Source: Bacillota bacterium (GTDB taxonomy: Bacteria; Bacillota_I; Bacilli_A; RF39; UBA660). From it: 64,000 bases of DNA. Where the stretch lies: NCBI GenBank assembly GCA_023391185.1, contig JAEWBI010000004.1:3107-67106 (forward strand), given 5' to 3'. The translations under genes were made by a program, and so were the position numbers. Shown here piece after piece: positions 27,117-37,917 of this stretch; positions within the stretch are counted from its first letter, which is position 1; each line of letters starts with the position of its first letter. The notes beneath the pieces were generated by a model, which had not been told where the DNA came from, searched no databases, and saw nothing but the letters and a program-made list of their open reading frames with translations.

Positions 27117-29747
27117 TTGGAAAAATATGTTTACGCCTTTAGTGAAGGCAACAGAGACATGCGCAATTTATTAGGTGGTAAAGGTGCTAACTTAGCAGAA
27201 ATGACTAGCATCGGGCTTCCAGTACCAAGGGGATTTACTATTACAACAGAAGCTTGTAATAAATACTATGATTCTGGAAAAAAAATTGATGAAGAAGTAG
27301 AAAAACAAATCTTCAAACATTTAACTGATCTTGAAAAGATAACAGGTAAAAAATTTGGAGATAAAAAAAATCCACTTCTAGTTTCAGTAAGAAGTGGAGC
27401 GAGAGCATCTATGCCAGGTATGATGGATACTGTTCTTAATCTTGGACTTACTGATGAAGTAGCAGTAGAATTTGCTAAAGAAACAGGAAACAAAAGATTT
27501 ACATACGATTCATATCGTAGATTTATTCAAATGTTTGCTGATGTTGTTAAAGGATATCCAAAATCATCATTCGAAAGAGTTCTAGATGAATTTAAAGAAT
27601 CAAAAAATGCTAAATATGATACAGATTTAGATGAAAATGACATGTATGATATTACATTTAAATTTAAAGCAATTTATAAAGAACTAGCGAAGGAAGATTT
27701 CCCACAAGATCCTAAAGTTCAACTTATGGAAGCTGTTAAGGCAGTATTTAGATCTTGGATGAACGACAGAGCTATTTATTATAGAAAAATGAATGATATA
27801 CCAGCATCTTGGGGAACAGCAGTTAATGTTCAAGAAATGGTATATGGTAACTTAGGAGATGATTCTGGTACAGGTGTTGCCTTTACAAGAAATCCATCTA
27901 CAGGTGAGAATAAATTATATGGTGAATATTTAATAAATGCTCAAGGAGAAGATGTTGTTGCAGGTATAAGAACTCCACAATCTATTGAAACTCTTGAAAA
28001 AGTTATGCCTGAGGTATACAAAGAATTTGTTGCAACAGCAAATATTCTAGAAAAGCATTATAGAGATATGCAAGACATGGAATTTACAATTGAAAAAGGT
28101 AAATTATTCATGCTTCAAACTAGAAATGGTAAAAGAACAGCACAAGCTGCAATTAAAGTGGCTGTTGATTTATATGAAGATGGTATGTTAACTAAAGAAG
28201 AAGCTCTTTTAAAAGTTGAACCAAAACAATTAGATGGATTACTTCATCCTATGTTTGATACTAAAGCATTAAAAGAAGCTAAAGTTATTGCAACAGGACT
28301 TGCTGCATCTCCAGGGGCTGGAACAGGAGAAATTTATTTCACAGCTGAAGATGTATCAGAAGCTAAAAAAGATGGTAAGAAGTGTATTCTTGTTAGATTA
28401 GAAACTTCACCTGAAGATATTCAAGGTATGAATGATGCTGAAGGTATTTTAACTATCCGTGGTGGTATGACAAGTCATGCGGCTGTAGTAGCTCGTGGTA
28501 TGGGTAGATGTTGTGTTTCTGGTTGTGGTGAACTTACTATTAACGAAGAAGAAAAAACTTTAAAAACAAAAGATGGACAAGTATTTAAAGAAGGAGACTA
28601 TATTTCATTAGACGGTTCGACTGGTAATGTATATGGTGTTAAAATTAAAACTGTTGAACCAGAAATAAGTGGAGATTTTGAAAAATTCATGAAATTAGTG
28701 GATGAAGTAAAAGTACTTGGTGTAAGAGCAAATGCTGATACTCCAAAAGATGCTGCTACTGCTCATAGATATGGTGCAGAAGGTATTGGTTTATGCCGTA
28801 CTGAGCATATGTTCTTTGAAGAAGACAGAATATTCGCATTTCGCCAAATGATTTCTTCTGAAACAGTAGAGCAAAGAGAAGAAGCCCTTGAAAAAGTACT
28901 TCCATATCAAAGAAGTGACTTTGAAGGATTATTTAGAGAAATGGCTGGATTACCTGTTATAATTCGTTATTTAGATCCACCTTTACATGAGTTTTTACCT
29001 CATACTGATGAAGAAATTAAACCACTTGCTAAAGCACTTGGTATGAGTTTTGAATCATTAAAAGCAAGAGTTGAATCACTAAAGGAATTCAATCCAATGA
29101 TGGGACATCGTGGATGCCGTTTAGCAGTTACTTATCCAGAAATTGCTAGAATGCAAACAAGAGCAGTTATAGAAGCTGCAATTAATGTTCAAAAAGAAGG
29201 AAAGAAAGTAATACCTGAAATAATGATTCCACTTATTGGTGATGCAAATGAACTTAAATATGTAAAAGATATAGTTGTTGCAACTGCTGATGAAATAATT
29301 AAAAAAGAAAAAGTTAAGTTACATTATCAAGTTGGAACAATGATAGAAATACCTAGAGCTGCACTTCTTGCTGATGAAATAGCTAAAGAAGCTGAATTCT
29401 TCAGTTTTGGAACAAATGATTTAACACAAATGACATTTGGTTTTTCAAGAGACGATGCTGGCAAATTCTTAAATGAATATTACAGCAAAGGTATTTTTGA
29501 AAACGATCCATTTGCTAAATTAGATCAAAATGGTGTAGGTAAATTAGTTGAAATTTCTGCAAGACTTGGTAAACAAGTAAGACCAGACATACAACTTGGT
29601 ATATGCGGTGAACATGGTGGTGAACCATCAAGTGTTGAATTCTGCCATAAAGTAGGATTAAACTATGTTTCATGTTCTCCATATAGAGTACCAATTGCAA
29701 GACTTGCTGCTGCACAAGCAAGAGCAAAAGAATTATTGCAAAAATAA
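27117..29747 (+). CDS. ppdK: Pyruvate, phosphate dikinase
   Basis: GGKGANLAEM, GGMTSHAAVVARG phospho-His loop, and C-terminal PEP-utilising TIM barrel (GICGE). Apparent TTG start after GGGAGAG. Confidence 0.95.
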   Translation: MEKYVYAFSEGNRDMRNLLGGKGANLAEMTSIGLPVPRGFTITTEACNKYYDSGKKIDEEVEKQIFKHLTDLEKITGKKFGDKKNPLLVSVRSGARASMPGMMDTVLNLGLTDEVAVEFAKETGNKRFTYDSYRRFIQMFADVVKGYPKSSFERVLDEFKESKNAKYDTDLDENDMYDITFKFKAIYKELAKEDFPQDPKVQLMEAVKAVFRSWMNDRAIYYRKMNDIPASWGTAVNVQEMVYGNLGDDSGTGVAFTRNPSTGENKLYGEYLINAQGEDVVAGIRTPQSIETLEKVMPEVYKEFVATANILEKHYRDMQDMEFTIEKGKLFMLQTRNGKRTAQAAIKVAVDLYEDGMLTKEEALLKVEPKQLDGLLHPMFDTKALKEAKVIATGLAASPGAGTGEIYFTAEDVSEAKKDGKKCILVRLETSPEDIQGMNDAEGILTIRGGMTSHAAVVARGMGRCCVSGCGELTINEEEKTLKTKDGQVFKEGDYISLDGSTGNVYGVKIKTVEPEISGDFEKFMKLVDEVKVLGVRANADTPKDAATAHRYGAEGIGLCRTEHMFFEEDRIFAFRQMISSETVEQREEALEKVLPYQRSDFEGLFREMAGLPVIIRYLDPPLHEFLPHTDEEIKPLAKALGMSFESLKARVESLKEFNPMMGHRGCRLAVTYPEIARMQTRAVIEAAINVQKEGKKVIPEIMIPLIGDANELKYVKDIVVATADEIIKKEKVKLHYQVGTMIEIPRAALLADEIAKEAEFFSFGTNDLTQMTFGFSRDDAGKFLNEYYSKGIFENDPFAKLDQNGVGKLVEISARLGKQVRPDIQLGICGEHGGEPSSVEFCHKVGLNYVSCSPYRVPIARLAAAQARAKELLQK

Positions 29748-29772
29748 GAGAGTCGAAAAAACTCTCTTTTTC
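29747..29772 (+). terminator. Rho-independent terminator after ppdK
   Basis: AGAGAGT-cgaaaaa-ACTCTCT followed by TTTT. Confidence 0.75.
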
Positions 29773-29831
29773 TTGACTATTTTTTTATCTTGTTATATTA
29801 TATTAATAGATGATATGGGAGGTTATAACAT

Positions 29832-30584
29832 ATGAAATTAAGAAACGGAAAAAAATTTTTGATGGTTTTATGTGCAGCTTTTATGCTTACAGGGTGTGCT
29901 TCAAAAGATTTAAAAAATGCATATAATAAAATGAGTGTTGGTGATGGAAAGGACCAGATAAATGGTTATTCATTAAGTATTAGACTTTTTGGTTTATATA
30001 ATGATGAAAAAGTGAACCAATCAATTAGAATTCAAAATTATTTAGGTGATAATTTTAAAGTAGTTGATTCAAGTAGTGACGAAATTACATATTATGTAGT
30101 TGATGGAAAAAATTACAAATCAGTTGCTAAAGAAACAGATCGTGAAGATAATTCTTATAATGCTAATGGATTCCAAGCAGGGTTTGATACTACTAAAACA
30201 GTTACTACTTATGAAGAAACAGATGATGTTCCATTTACTGATACTGATTTATATTTAACTAGTTTAAAATCAGCTAAAAAAATAAGTGATTCTTCAGAAG
30301 AAAAAATAGGAGATTTATCATACACAACTTATGAATATACAGTAGCTAAAAAAACTATGCTTAATATTCTAAGTGGATCAGTTTTAAAAGATATAGAATT
30401 TAAAACTGATGTTCCAGCAAAAGTATGGATTGATAGTGATGGTTATGTTTATAAAATAGAGTATGATTTAGCTAAAGGTATTGAATCTGAAAGTACTTTA
30501 TCTTTAAATGTTTATTATAATGCTGTTAATAACTCAAATGAAATTAGTATTGATGAAGTAAATTTACAAAATAGCGATAAATAA
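29832..30584 (+). CDS. Lipoprotein, unknown function
   Basis: FMLTGCAS lipobox. Terminator at 30584-30610. Confidence 0.65.
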   Translation: MKLRNGKKFLMVLCAAFMLTGCASKDLKNAYNKMSVGDGKDQINGYSLSIRLFGLYNDEKVNQSIRIQNYLGDNFKVVDSSSDEITYYVVDGKNYKSVAKETDREDNSYNANGFQAGFDTTKTVTTYEETDDVPFTDTDLYLTSLKSAKKISDSSEEKIGDLSYTTYEYTVAKKTMLNILSGSVLKDIEFKTDVPAKVWIDSDGYVYKIEYDLAKGIESESTLSLNVYYNAVNNSNEISIDEVNLQNSDK

Positions 30585-30610
30585 AATTGTATGCAAATAC
30601 AATTTTTTTT
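30584..30610 (+). terminator. Rho-independent terminator
   Basis: AAATTGTAT-gcaa-ATACAATTT followed by a T-run. Confidence 0.7.
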
Positions 30611-30685
30611 GTTTACTACGTCAAATATTGACTATTTTTTCTATTTGTTATATCCTAAATATAGATTAGAATAGTAGGTATAAAT

Positions 30686-32374
30686 ATGAAAAATAAAAGA
30701 GGCTTTACATTAATCGAATTACTGGCAATTATAGTGTTGATTGGTTTAATAGCGTTAGTTATCACTCCAAAAATAACGACAACACTCACAAAACAAGAAA
30801 TGAAATCATTTAAATCAAGTGTCGAAGGAATAGTTAAGGCAGTAAAACAAGATGTTATTAATAATGCAAGTTTTAATTCATCTACTTCTAACTATAGAGC
30901 GTATACTTATGGTGAAGATGGATTATACTTAACTATAACAGGAAATCAGGCTGTTGAGTCAAGCATAAATGTATCAGGAAATATAAAGAATGGATCAGGC
31001 ACAGTAGTTGCTACAAATAGTTCTGATATTATTTTGGCTGTACATAATGATAAATTCTGCGCTAAGAAAAATGCTGATGACACAAACATTATAGTTGAAG
31101 ATTATACTGGAACTTGTGTTAATGATGAAATTAGTATTCCTGAAGTAACTTCATGTTATTTATATGATACTAATCCAGATGATACACTAACTATAACTGG
31201 ATATAAGTATGCTGATAGTACATGTTCAAAAGATTTAATTATTCCGAATAAAATTAATGGTAAAAAAGTAACCAAAATTTCAGATTTTGCTTTTGTAGAA
31301 GCAGAAACTACTATTGCTGGATATGTCGAGTATGACGCTGAAGGTAACGATTATTGGTATGATGAATTTTTTGAAAATATTCCAGAAAATAAAGAAATTG
31401 TTTGGATAGAAATTACTGAACTAACCAACATAACTGGTAAATATTGTTTCACTGATATTAATCGTGAAAACGAAGTTGATGTGGGATTGGATTATATTCG
31501 TACCGAGGGCGATGGATATTATGGTTGTTATTATGATTATGCTAGTATGCTTGATTTAGGAAAGAACAATTATAATATTCAAAGTATTGATTTTTCTAAT
31601 GCTACAGGATTAACTGAAATACCTTTTGCTCTTGCTCTTAGTTCAACAATATCTTCAATAAATATAGGTACTTATATTAATAAAATTAATGCTTTTGCAT
31701 TTTTAGATAATTTCATATCAAGTTTATCTATTCCAGCAAATATAGTTTCAATAGGGACTTATGCATTTTATGAAAATAACATTAATAACTTAGATTTGTC
31801 TTTTGCAACTTCTTTAAAGGCAATAAATGAAGGAGTATTTGCTGAAAATATGTTAAATAACTTAACTATAAGAAATTTAAATAATTTAGAAAGTATATCG
31901 GGTGGCGAATGGGGGGCATTCGAAGAAAACTTGTTAACTTCAGTTACGCTTGAGAATTTACCTAATTTAACAAATATTGGAAATCTTGATGATCCATATG
32001 GACCATTTAACTATAATTCTATAACTTCTCTAACTCTTTCTAATTTACCTAATTTAAATACCATTGGGGCATGGGCTTTTTATGATAATAAAATAGCCAG
32101 TTTAAATCTTGTAAACTCTCTTACTTCAATTGGAGAGGGCGCTTTTGGTGCCAATAATTTAACCACGGTTACTATTCCAGCTAATGTTACTTTAATGGCT
32201 GATCTAGCTTTTGCAAAATGTGGTTGTGGAGAAGGCTCAGATAATGCTAATTTAGTGACAATACAAAACAAGACTGGAAGAACTTTTGACTGGTCAAAAA
32301 TTATAGGAGTTGGTACAACAGCTACATGTTCATTTATAACAGGTACATGTAGTACGGTAAATATAACAGGATAA
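30686..32374 (+). CDS. Type IV prepilin-like protein fused to a BspA-type leucine-rich-repeat domain
   Basis: Class III signal MKNKRG/FTLIELLAIIVLIGLIAL with Glu at +5. C-terminal ~400 aa carry repeats of the IP..V..IG..AF type (LRR_5-like). Confidence 0.8.
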   Translation: MKNKRGFTLIELLAIIVLIGLIALVITPKITTTLTKQEMKSFKSSVEGIVKAVKQDVINNASFNSSTSNYRAYTYGEDGLYLTITGNQAVESSINVSGNIKNGSGTVVATNSSDIILAVHNDKFCAKKNADDTNIIVEDYTGTCVNDEISIPEVTSCYLYDTNPDDTLTITGYKYADSTCSKDLIIPNKINGKKVTKISDFAFVEAETTIAGYVEYDAEGNDYWYDEFFENIPENKEIVWIEITELTNITGKYCFTDINRENEVDVGLDYIRTEGDGYYGCYYDYASMLDLGKNNYNIQSIDFSNATGLTEIPFALALSSTISSINIGTYINKINAFAFLDNFISSLSIPANIVSIGTYAFYENNINNLDLSFATSLKAINEGVFAENMLNNLTIRNLNNLESISGGEWGAFEENLLTSVTLENLPNLTNIGNLDDPYGPFNYNSITSLTLSNLPNLNTIGAWAFYDNKIASLNLVNSLTSIGEGAFGANNLTTVTIPANVTLMADLAFAKCGCGEGSDNANLVTIQNKTGRTFDWSKIIGVGTTATCSFITGTCSTVNITG

Positions 32375-32387
32375 AAAAAGAAGAATC

Positions 32388-32978
32388 TTATTCTTCAATT
32401 AAAATATCATTAGAAATATTAAATTCTATACAGTTAGAATTTAATATTTCTTTTATTTTATCTAGTTTTTCATTATTTATATTAAATAAATAAGTTATAT
32501 TTTCATCAAATATTTTATCCTTTATATTAACATCTTTTAAGGTATTATCAATTAGTTTAACTTTTTCATAATTAAAAACTAATTTTACTGTCTTACCACT
32601 TACTATTTTATTTATCTTAGCAATTTTAAGGCATTCAGAGGCGCTTTTTGAATAAGCTCTAACAAGTCCGCCAGTACCTAATTTAATTCCGCCAAAATAT
32701 CTAATAACAATGCATAATACATAATTTAAATTATTATTTTCTAAAACATTTAGTATTGGCATGCCGGCTGTACCACTTGGTTCGCCATCATCACTAAATC
32801 TTTTTATATTATCTATTATATAACTATAACAATAATGAGTAGCGTCTTTATATTCATGTTTTATACTGTCTATATGTGTAGATATATCTTCTTCATGATA
32901 TATTTTTTTATATACACATATAAATTTAGATTTATTTATAATTATTTCATTCCTAATGTCTTCATCAATCGTGTACAT
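32388..32978 (-). CDS. yigZ: YigZ / IMPACT-family protein
   Basis: SKF...HYCYSY...DDGEPSGTAGMPIL...VIRYFGGIKLGTGGLVRAY. Confidence 0.85.
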   Translation of the reverse strand: MYTIDEDIRNEIIINKSKFICVYKKIYHEEDISTHIDSIKHEYKDATHYCYSYIIDNIKRFSDDGEPSGTAGMPILNVLENNNLNYVLCIVIRYFGGIKLGTGGLVRAYSKSASECLKIAKINKIVSGKTVKLVFNYEKVKLIDNTLKDVNIKDKIFDENITYLFNINNEKLDKIKEILNSNCIEFNISNDILIEE

Positions 32979-33055
32979 AAAATCACCTAAATAGATTATA
33001 CATTATTAATATTTGAAAAACAAATAGATATGATATAATATCCCTAGGTGATATC

Positions 33056-33661
33056 ATGAAATATGGAATAAAAGGATACAAAGATAATGAAGTAATAAAA
33101 ACCTTTAATGAAAAAAATAATGAAATTGAAGCCCATATGTTAGATGGTAGTATTAAAACATACCCAATAGATTTCAAAGACAATATTAAGAAAGAACAAA
33201 GAAATCAGTCTATAGATTTTTCATCTAATTATGAATCATATACACTTAGTTTAATTTTCAGTATGATTCTTATTTTATTAACTACTCTCATAATTATAAC
33301 GAGAGTAAGTATTATAGCTTTTGATATAACCTTGAAAAATTTAGGAATAATTGGTATTTTTCCTTGGCTACTAGGTATGTATGTTACTTTACATCCAATA
33401 ATTAAAGTGTGTAACAAGAAGCTTGTTAAAATTTATGAGCCTAAGATTGAAAAGTCAGAAGAAAAAGGAAAACATGGTACATATTTAAAATATGAAAAAG
33501 AATATGAGAAAAGTGAAGTTAGTTTAAATAATATTGATAATTTTTCAATAGAGGAATTAACCAAAATTAAAGAAAAGTTGTTAAAGCAATCTAGTGAAGT
33601 TTTAACAGAACAAGATGAATTAGAAAAACCAAAAGTAAAAGAATTAACAAAACTGCATTGA
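33056..33661 (+). CDS. Membrane protein, unknown function (two TM helices, K/E-rich C-terminus)
   Basis: AGGTGAT RBS. Overlaps the uvrC upstream region. Confidence 0.55.
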   Translation: MKYGIKGYKDNEVIKTFNEKNNEIEAHMLDGSIKTYPIDFKDNIKKEQRNQSIDFSSNYESYTLSLIFSMILILLTTLIIITRVSIIAFDITLKNLGIIGIFPWLLGMYVTLHPIIKVCNKKLVKIYEPKIEKSEEKGKHGTYLKYEKEYEKSEVSLNNIDNFSIEELTKIKEKLLKQSSEVLTEQDELEKPKVKELTKLH

Positions 33662-33675
33662 AAGAGGTGATCTAT

Positions 33676-35445
33676 ATGGATTATATTAAGAAAAAATTAG
33701 CACTAGTTCCAAATGAACCTGGATGCTACCAAATGAAAAATAAAGATGGCATAATAATATATGTAGGTAAAGCTAAAAAACTCAAAAATAGATTATCTTC
33801 ATATTTTAGAGGTACACATACTGGCAAAACAGCTAAACTTGTCAGTGAAATAACAGACTTTGAATACATTGTCGTTGGTACTGAGACAGAATCATTAGTA
33901 TTAGAACTTAATTTAATAAAAAAATATGATCCAAAATATAATATATTACTTCGTGATGATAAAACTTATCCATATATAGAACTAACTAATGAAAAAGTAC
34001 CTAAGTTAGCAGTAGTTAGAAATGTTAATCGAAAGAGAAAAAATCAAACAAGACTATTTGGACCTTATCCAAATGTTACTGCAGCAAGATACACAGTTAA
34101 TTTACTTAATAGGATATACCCTTTAAAAAAATGTAATACTTTTCCTAAAAAACCATGTTTATATTATCATATAGGGCAGTGTTTAGGTTACTGCGCAATA
34201 GATATACCTAAAGAACAGATAGTAGCCATGGAAAATGAAATACTAAGTTTTTTAAGGGGGAATGATGATATAGTTATTAAGAAACTAGAAAATGAAATGT
34301 ATTTAGAGAGTAGTAAAATGAATTATGAAAAAGCAAAAGAGTTAAAGGAAATGCTTGATTATATAAAAGTTACTATGGCAAGACAAAAAGTAGAAATAAA
34401 TGACGTTACTGACCGTGATATTTTTGGATATTATACAAATAAAGGTTATATAAGTATAACAGTTTTATTTATTCGTGGTGGTAAAATACTTGAAAGACAT
34501 TCTAAAATAATGCCTATGATTGATGAGGTAGAAGAAGAATTTAATAGATACATAGCTAAGTTCTATGAAAAAGATATTATTATGCCAAAAGAGATTTTAG
34601 GGCCTTCTATTTTAGATACAGAATTGCTTGAGAACTATTTAGAATTACCTGTTAAAATACCTTTAAAAGGTACAAAGAAGAATTTAGTAGATATGGCTAG
34701 TGAGAATGCTAAAGTTGTATTAAATGAGAAATTTGAACTTATAAAAAGGGATGAGGATAGAACTTCAAGTGCTAATGACGAACTTAAAAAGATATTAAAA
34801 TTAGATACTTTAGATCGTATTGAGTTATTTGATAATTCTAATCTATTTGGTAGTTATAATGTCTCAGGTATGGTTGTCTTTGTCGATGGTAAACCTAGTA
34901 AAAATGATTATCGTAAATTTAAAATTAGTATAGATAAAAACGATGACTATGGAACAATGAAAGAGGTTATTTATCGTAGATATTATAGAGTTCTTGCAGA
35001 TGATTTAAAGAAGCCTGATTTAATTATAGTAGATGGTGGTTTAGGTCAAATTAATATTGCAAGAAGTGTAATTGATAGTCTAGGTCTTAATATTCCTGTA
35101 GTAGGGCTTAAAAAAGACAATAAGCATACAACAGAAAGTCTTCTTGCAGAAGAGCCTATTATTGAAATTCCTATTGATAAAAAGAGTAATGTTTTCTATT
35201 ATTTAGAAAGAATGCAAGATGAAGTACATAATTTTACCATCAATTATCATAAGCAGTTAAGAAGTAAAGGCTCACTAGAGAGTATTCTTGATAGTATTGA
35301 TGGTATTGGTACAAAAAGAAGAAATGAACTTTTAAAAAAATACAAAACTATAACTAAACTAAAAGAATTATCTAAAGAACAGTTAGAAGAAATAATTCCT
35401 TCAAAAGTTGCGGAAAATCTAATAGAATTTTTAAATAATTATTAA
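33676..35445 (+). CDS. uvrC: Excinuclease ABC subunit C
   Basis: GIY-YIG (GCYQMKNKDGIIIYVGKAKKLKNRLSSY), UVR domain, Endo V-like domain and C-terminal (HhH)2. ATG follows GAGGTGA. Confidence 0.95.
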   Translation: MDYIKKKLALVPNEPGCYQMKNKDGIIIYVGKAKKLKNRLSSYFRGTHTGKTAKLVSEITDFEYIVVGTETESLVLELNLIKKYDPKYNILLRDDKTYPYIELTNEKVPKLAVVRNVNRKRKNQTRLFGPYPNVTAARYTVNLLNRIYPLKKCNTFPKKPCLYYHIGQCLGYCAIDIPKEQIVAMENEILSFLRGNDDIVIKKLENEMYLESSKMNYEKAKELKEMLDYIKVTMARQKVEINDVTDRDIFGYYTNKGYISITVLFIRGGKILERHSKIMPMIDEVEEEFNRYIAKFYEKDIIMPKEILGPSILDTELLENYLELPVKIPLKGTKKNLVDMASENAKVVLNEKFELIKRDEDRTSSANDELKKILKLDTLDRIELFDNSNLFGSYNVSGMVVFVDGKPSKNDYRKFKISIDKNDDYGTMKEVIYRRYYRVLADDLKKPDLIIVDGGLGQINIARSVIDSLGLNIPVVGLKKDNKHTTESLLAEEPIIEIPIDKKSNVFYYLERMQDEVHNFTINYHKQLRSKGSLESILDSIDGIGTKRRNELLKKYKTITKLKELSKEQLEEIIPSKVAENLIEFLNNY

Positions 35446-35474
35446 AAGAAGCAAATTTATATTGCTTCTTTTTC
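35445..35474 (+). terminator. Rho-independent terminator after uvrC
   Basis: AAAGAAGCAA-atttata-TTGCTTCTTT. Confidence 0.75.
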
Positions 35475-35565
35475 TTATAGAATATGTGAAAATATGAAAA
35501 TTTATTTATTCGTTTGAATATATACATTTTAAAATGGTATACTGTTTTAATTTGGAGGTGTTTGA

Positions 35566-36036
35566 ATGAGAAAAATGAAAGAAATAAGTGCTGATCAAGT
35601 ATTAAGTTTACTATCAATTAGTCTTGGTAGTGATGCTTTGATAAGTTTTAAAGATATAGACAAGTTTTTTGATTTATTAAAAGAAATAAATGATAAAAAC
35701 AATAAAAATTGTAGCTATTATTTTGGAATAAATATGCCAATGAATAGTAATTTTGATGAAACATTATTTGAGGAAATTAATAGTGGTGAAAATCAGGGAA
35801 AATTAAGATTAATTAAAATAGAAAGTCCTAAAACAAGCGAAATTATTAAGGAAAAAATGACTAAGCATATTATATCTTTAGCTGGTAAAGATATAGAATT
35901 TATGAATAGTATTAAACTAGCTATTAAGCTTTATAGTGAAGAATATAATAAAAATAAATTATGTATTATTGATTTACAAAAAAATGATAAAAATCCTATG
36001 TTAGAAAAGATAAAATCGCTAGTTAAAACTAAGTAA
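35566..36036 (+). CDS. Hypothetical protein (156 aa)
   Basis: GGAGGTG RBS. No motif recognised. Confidence 0.5.
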   Translation: MRKMKEISADQVLSLLSISLGSDALISFKDIDKFFDLLKEINDKNNKNCSYYFGINMPMNSNFDETLFEEINSGENQGKLRLIKIESPKTSEIIKEKMTKHIISLAGKDIEFMNSIKLAIKLYSEEYNKNKLCIIDLQKNDKNPMLEKIKSLVKTK

Positions 36037-36064
36037 AACATGTTATAATTAATTAGGTGATAAT

Positions 36065-37873
36065 ATGGCAAATATAAAAGTAATGGATGAAATACTAGCT
36101 AATAAAATAGCGGCAGGAGAAGTCGTTGAAAGATGTTCCTCTGTTGTAAAAGAACTAGTAGAAAATAGTATAGATGCTAATTCTACGGAAATATTAGTTG
36201 AACTAGAAGATGCCGGTACTAAAATAATACGTGTAGTAGATAATGGTAAAGGTATGGACGAAACTGACGCTCTTTTAGCTTTCCAAAGACATGCAACTAG
36301 TAAATTATTATCAGAAGATGATTTATATCGTATAAATACATTAGGTTTTAGAGGAGAAGCGCTTCCTTCTATTGCTAGTGTTAGTGATATAGTTTTAAAA
36401 ACTTCTACCGGTGATGTAGGAACGATCGTCCATATTCAAGGCGGAAAACTAATAAGTAGTGGTAATGGTGATGCAAGACGCGGTACTATAATGGCGGTAA
36501 ATGATCTTTTTTATAATACACCTGCAAGATTAAAGCACTTAAAAAGTTTATATAGCGAACTTGCTAATGTATCTGAATATATGAATAAGATTGCTTTATC
36601 TCATCCAAATATTAAGTTTACATTAACTAATAATGATCAGGTATTATTAAGAACAGATGGTAGAGGAGATCTACTTAAAACAATTAAAGATATATATGGT
36701 CTTGAAGTAGTAAAAAAGATGTTTCCTATTAAGGCAGAAGATGATGATTATCTAGTAGAAGGATATATAAGTTATCCTGAAATTAATAGGTCAAGTAGAA
36801 ATCATATGATAACTATAGTAAATGGAAGAGTAGTAAGAAATATGGATATCAATAGAATTATTAATGATAGTTATCATTCTTATAAACCAGATACTAGATA
36901 TCCTATTGTAGTACTTGAAATAACAGTTGATCCTTCTTTAATAGATGTTAATATACATCCTACTAAAATGGATATTAAATTTAGTAAAATAGAAAATTTA
37001 ATGGAATTAATAAGTACATCTATAAAGAACATACTTGGTAAAAAAAATCTAATTCCTCAAATCGAAGTAGAAAAATCGAAGGAAGAAGACTTTGATTTAG
37101 AAACGATAAAACATGAAAAACCAAAGTATCAAGAGATGACTTTAAATCTAACAAGAACTCAGGAAGAAGAAGAGCCATACATTTTAATAAATGAAGATTT
37201 AATAGTAAAAGATTCTTTTAAAGATATAGAAAAAGAAGAAAAGGAACAAGAAGTTAATGAAGATCATATAGATAGACTTCCAGAAATGTATCCTGTTGGA
37301 CTTGTTCACGGGACATATATTATTTGTCAAAATGAGACTGGCATGTATATGATAGATCAGCATGCTGCTAAAGAAAGGATTAATTATGAAAAGTTCAAAA
37401 AAGAACTAGGTAATCCTAATTCCAATAAAATAGCTATGCTTTTTCCATTAACTATTGAGTTTACTAATAATGAATTTATTATTCTAAAAGAACATTTTGA
37501 TTTATTAAAGAGTATTAATATTGATATAGAAGAATTTGGTTATAACTCAGTAGTTATAAAAGCTCATCCTACATGGTTACCAAAAGGTTATGAGGAACAA
37601 GCTTTAAGAAAGATTATTGAAGTAGTTATTACTACTGAAAAGAATTTTAGTATAGAGAAATTTAATGAAAAGGCTGCTACTATGTTAAGTTGTAAAATGG
37701 CTATTAAAGCTAATATGAATTTAACTATGTTGGAAATGGAAACATTAATTAATGATTTAAGAAAGTGTAATAATCCATTTAATTGTCCTCATGGTAGACC
37801 AACAACTATATTCTATACAAATTATGATTTAGAAAAATTGTTTAAGCGTAGTGGTTTTGAATCACTAGATTAA
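36065..37873 (+). CDS. mutL: DNA mismatch repair protein MutL
   Basis: NKIAAGEVVERCSSVVKELVENSIDA GHKL ATPase, GFRGEAL, and C-terminal endonuclease-type dimerisation domain (DQHAAKERINYE, CPHGRP). Confidence 0.95.
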   Translation: MANIKVMDEILANKIAAGEVVERCSSVVKELVENSIDANSTEILVELEDAGTKIIRVVDNGKGMDETDALLAFQRHATSKLLSEDDLYRINTLGFRGEALPSIASVSDIVLKTSTGDVGTIVHIQGGKLISSGNGDARRGTIMAVNDLFYNTPARLKHLKSLYSELANVSEYMNKIALSHPNIKFTLTNNDQVLLRTDGRGDLLKTIKDIYGLEVVKKMFPIKAEDDDYLVEGYISYPEINRSSRNHMITIVNGRVVRNMDINRIINDSYHSYKPDTRYPIVVLEITVDPSLIDVNIHPTKMDIKFSKIENLMELISTSIKNILGKKNLIPQIEVEKSKEEDFDLETIKHEKPKYQEMTLNLTRTQEEEEPYILINEDLIVKDSFKDIEKEEKEQEVNEDHIDRLPEMYPVGLVHGTYIICQNETGMYMIDQHAAKERINYEKFKKELGNPNSNKIAMLFPLTIEFTNNEFIILKEHFDLLKSINIDIEEFGYNSVVIKAHPTWLPKGYEEQALRKIIEVVITTEKNFSIEKFNEKAATMLSCKMAIKANMNLTMLEMETLINDLRKCNNPFNCPHGRPTTIFYTNYDLEKLFKRSGFESLD

Positions 37874-37880
37874 AATAATA

Positions 37881-37917
37881 ACAAAAAGAGAATACTAAAT
37901 TTGTATTCTCTTTTTGT
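37881..37917. terminator. Bidirectional terminator between mutL and the convergent lipoprotein gene
   Basis: 15-bp arms ACAAAAAGAGAATAC-taaattt-GTATTCTCTTTTTGT, with A/T runs on both sides. Confidence 0.85.

Noticed and set aside
29515-29727. Minus-strand 70-aa ORF rich in His/Gln/Leu/Val at the ppdK 3' end.
   Set aside because: It is antisense to a highly conserved enzyme domain and has no RBS.
33658-33675. Upstream TTG start for uvrC (MKEVIY...), and similar ORF-track N-terminal extensions for copA (787), rpsB (11938), pfkB (58036), the SPOR-like gene (38673) and ORF 40976.
   Set aside because: In each case an internal ATG or GTG has a properly spaced GGAGG or AGGTGA(T) RBS and restores the conserved N-terminus of the family. 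The extensions overlap promoters or upstream genes.
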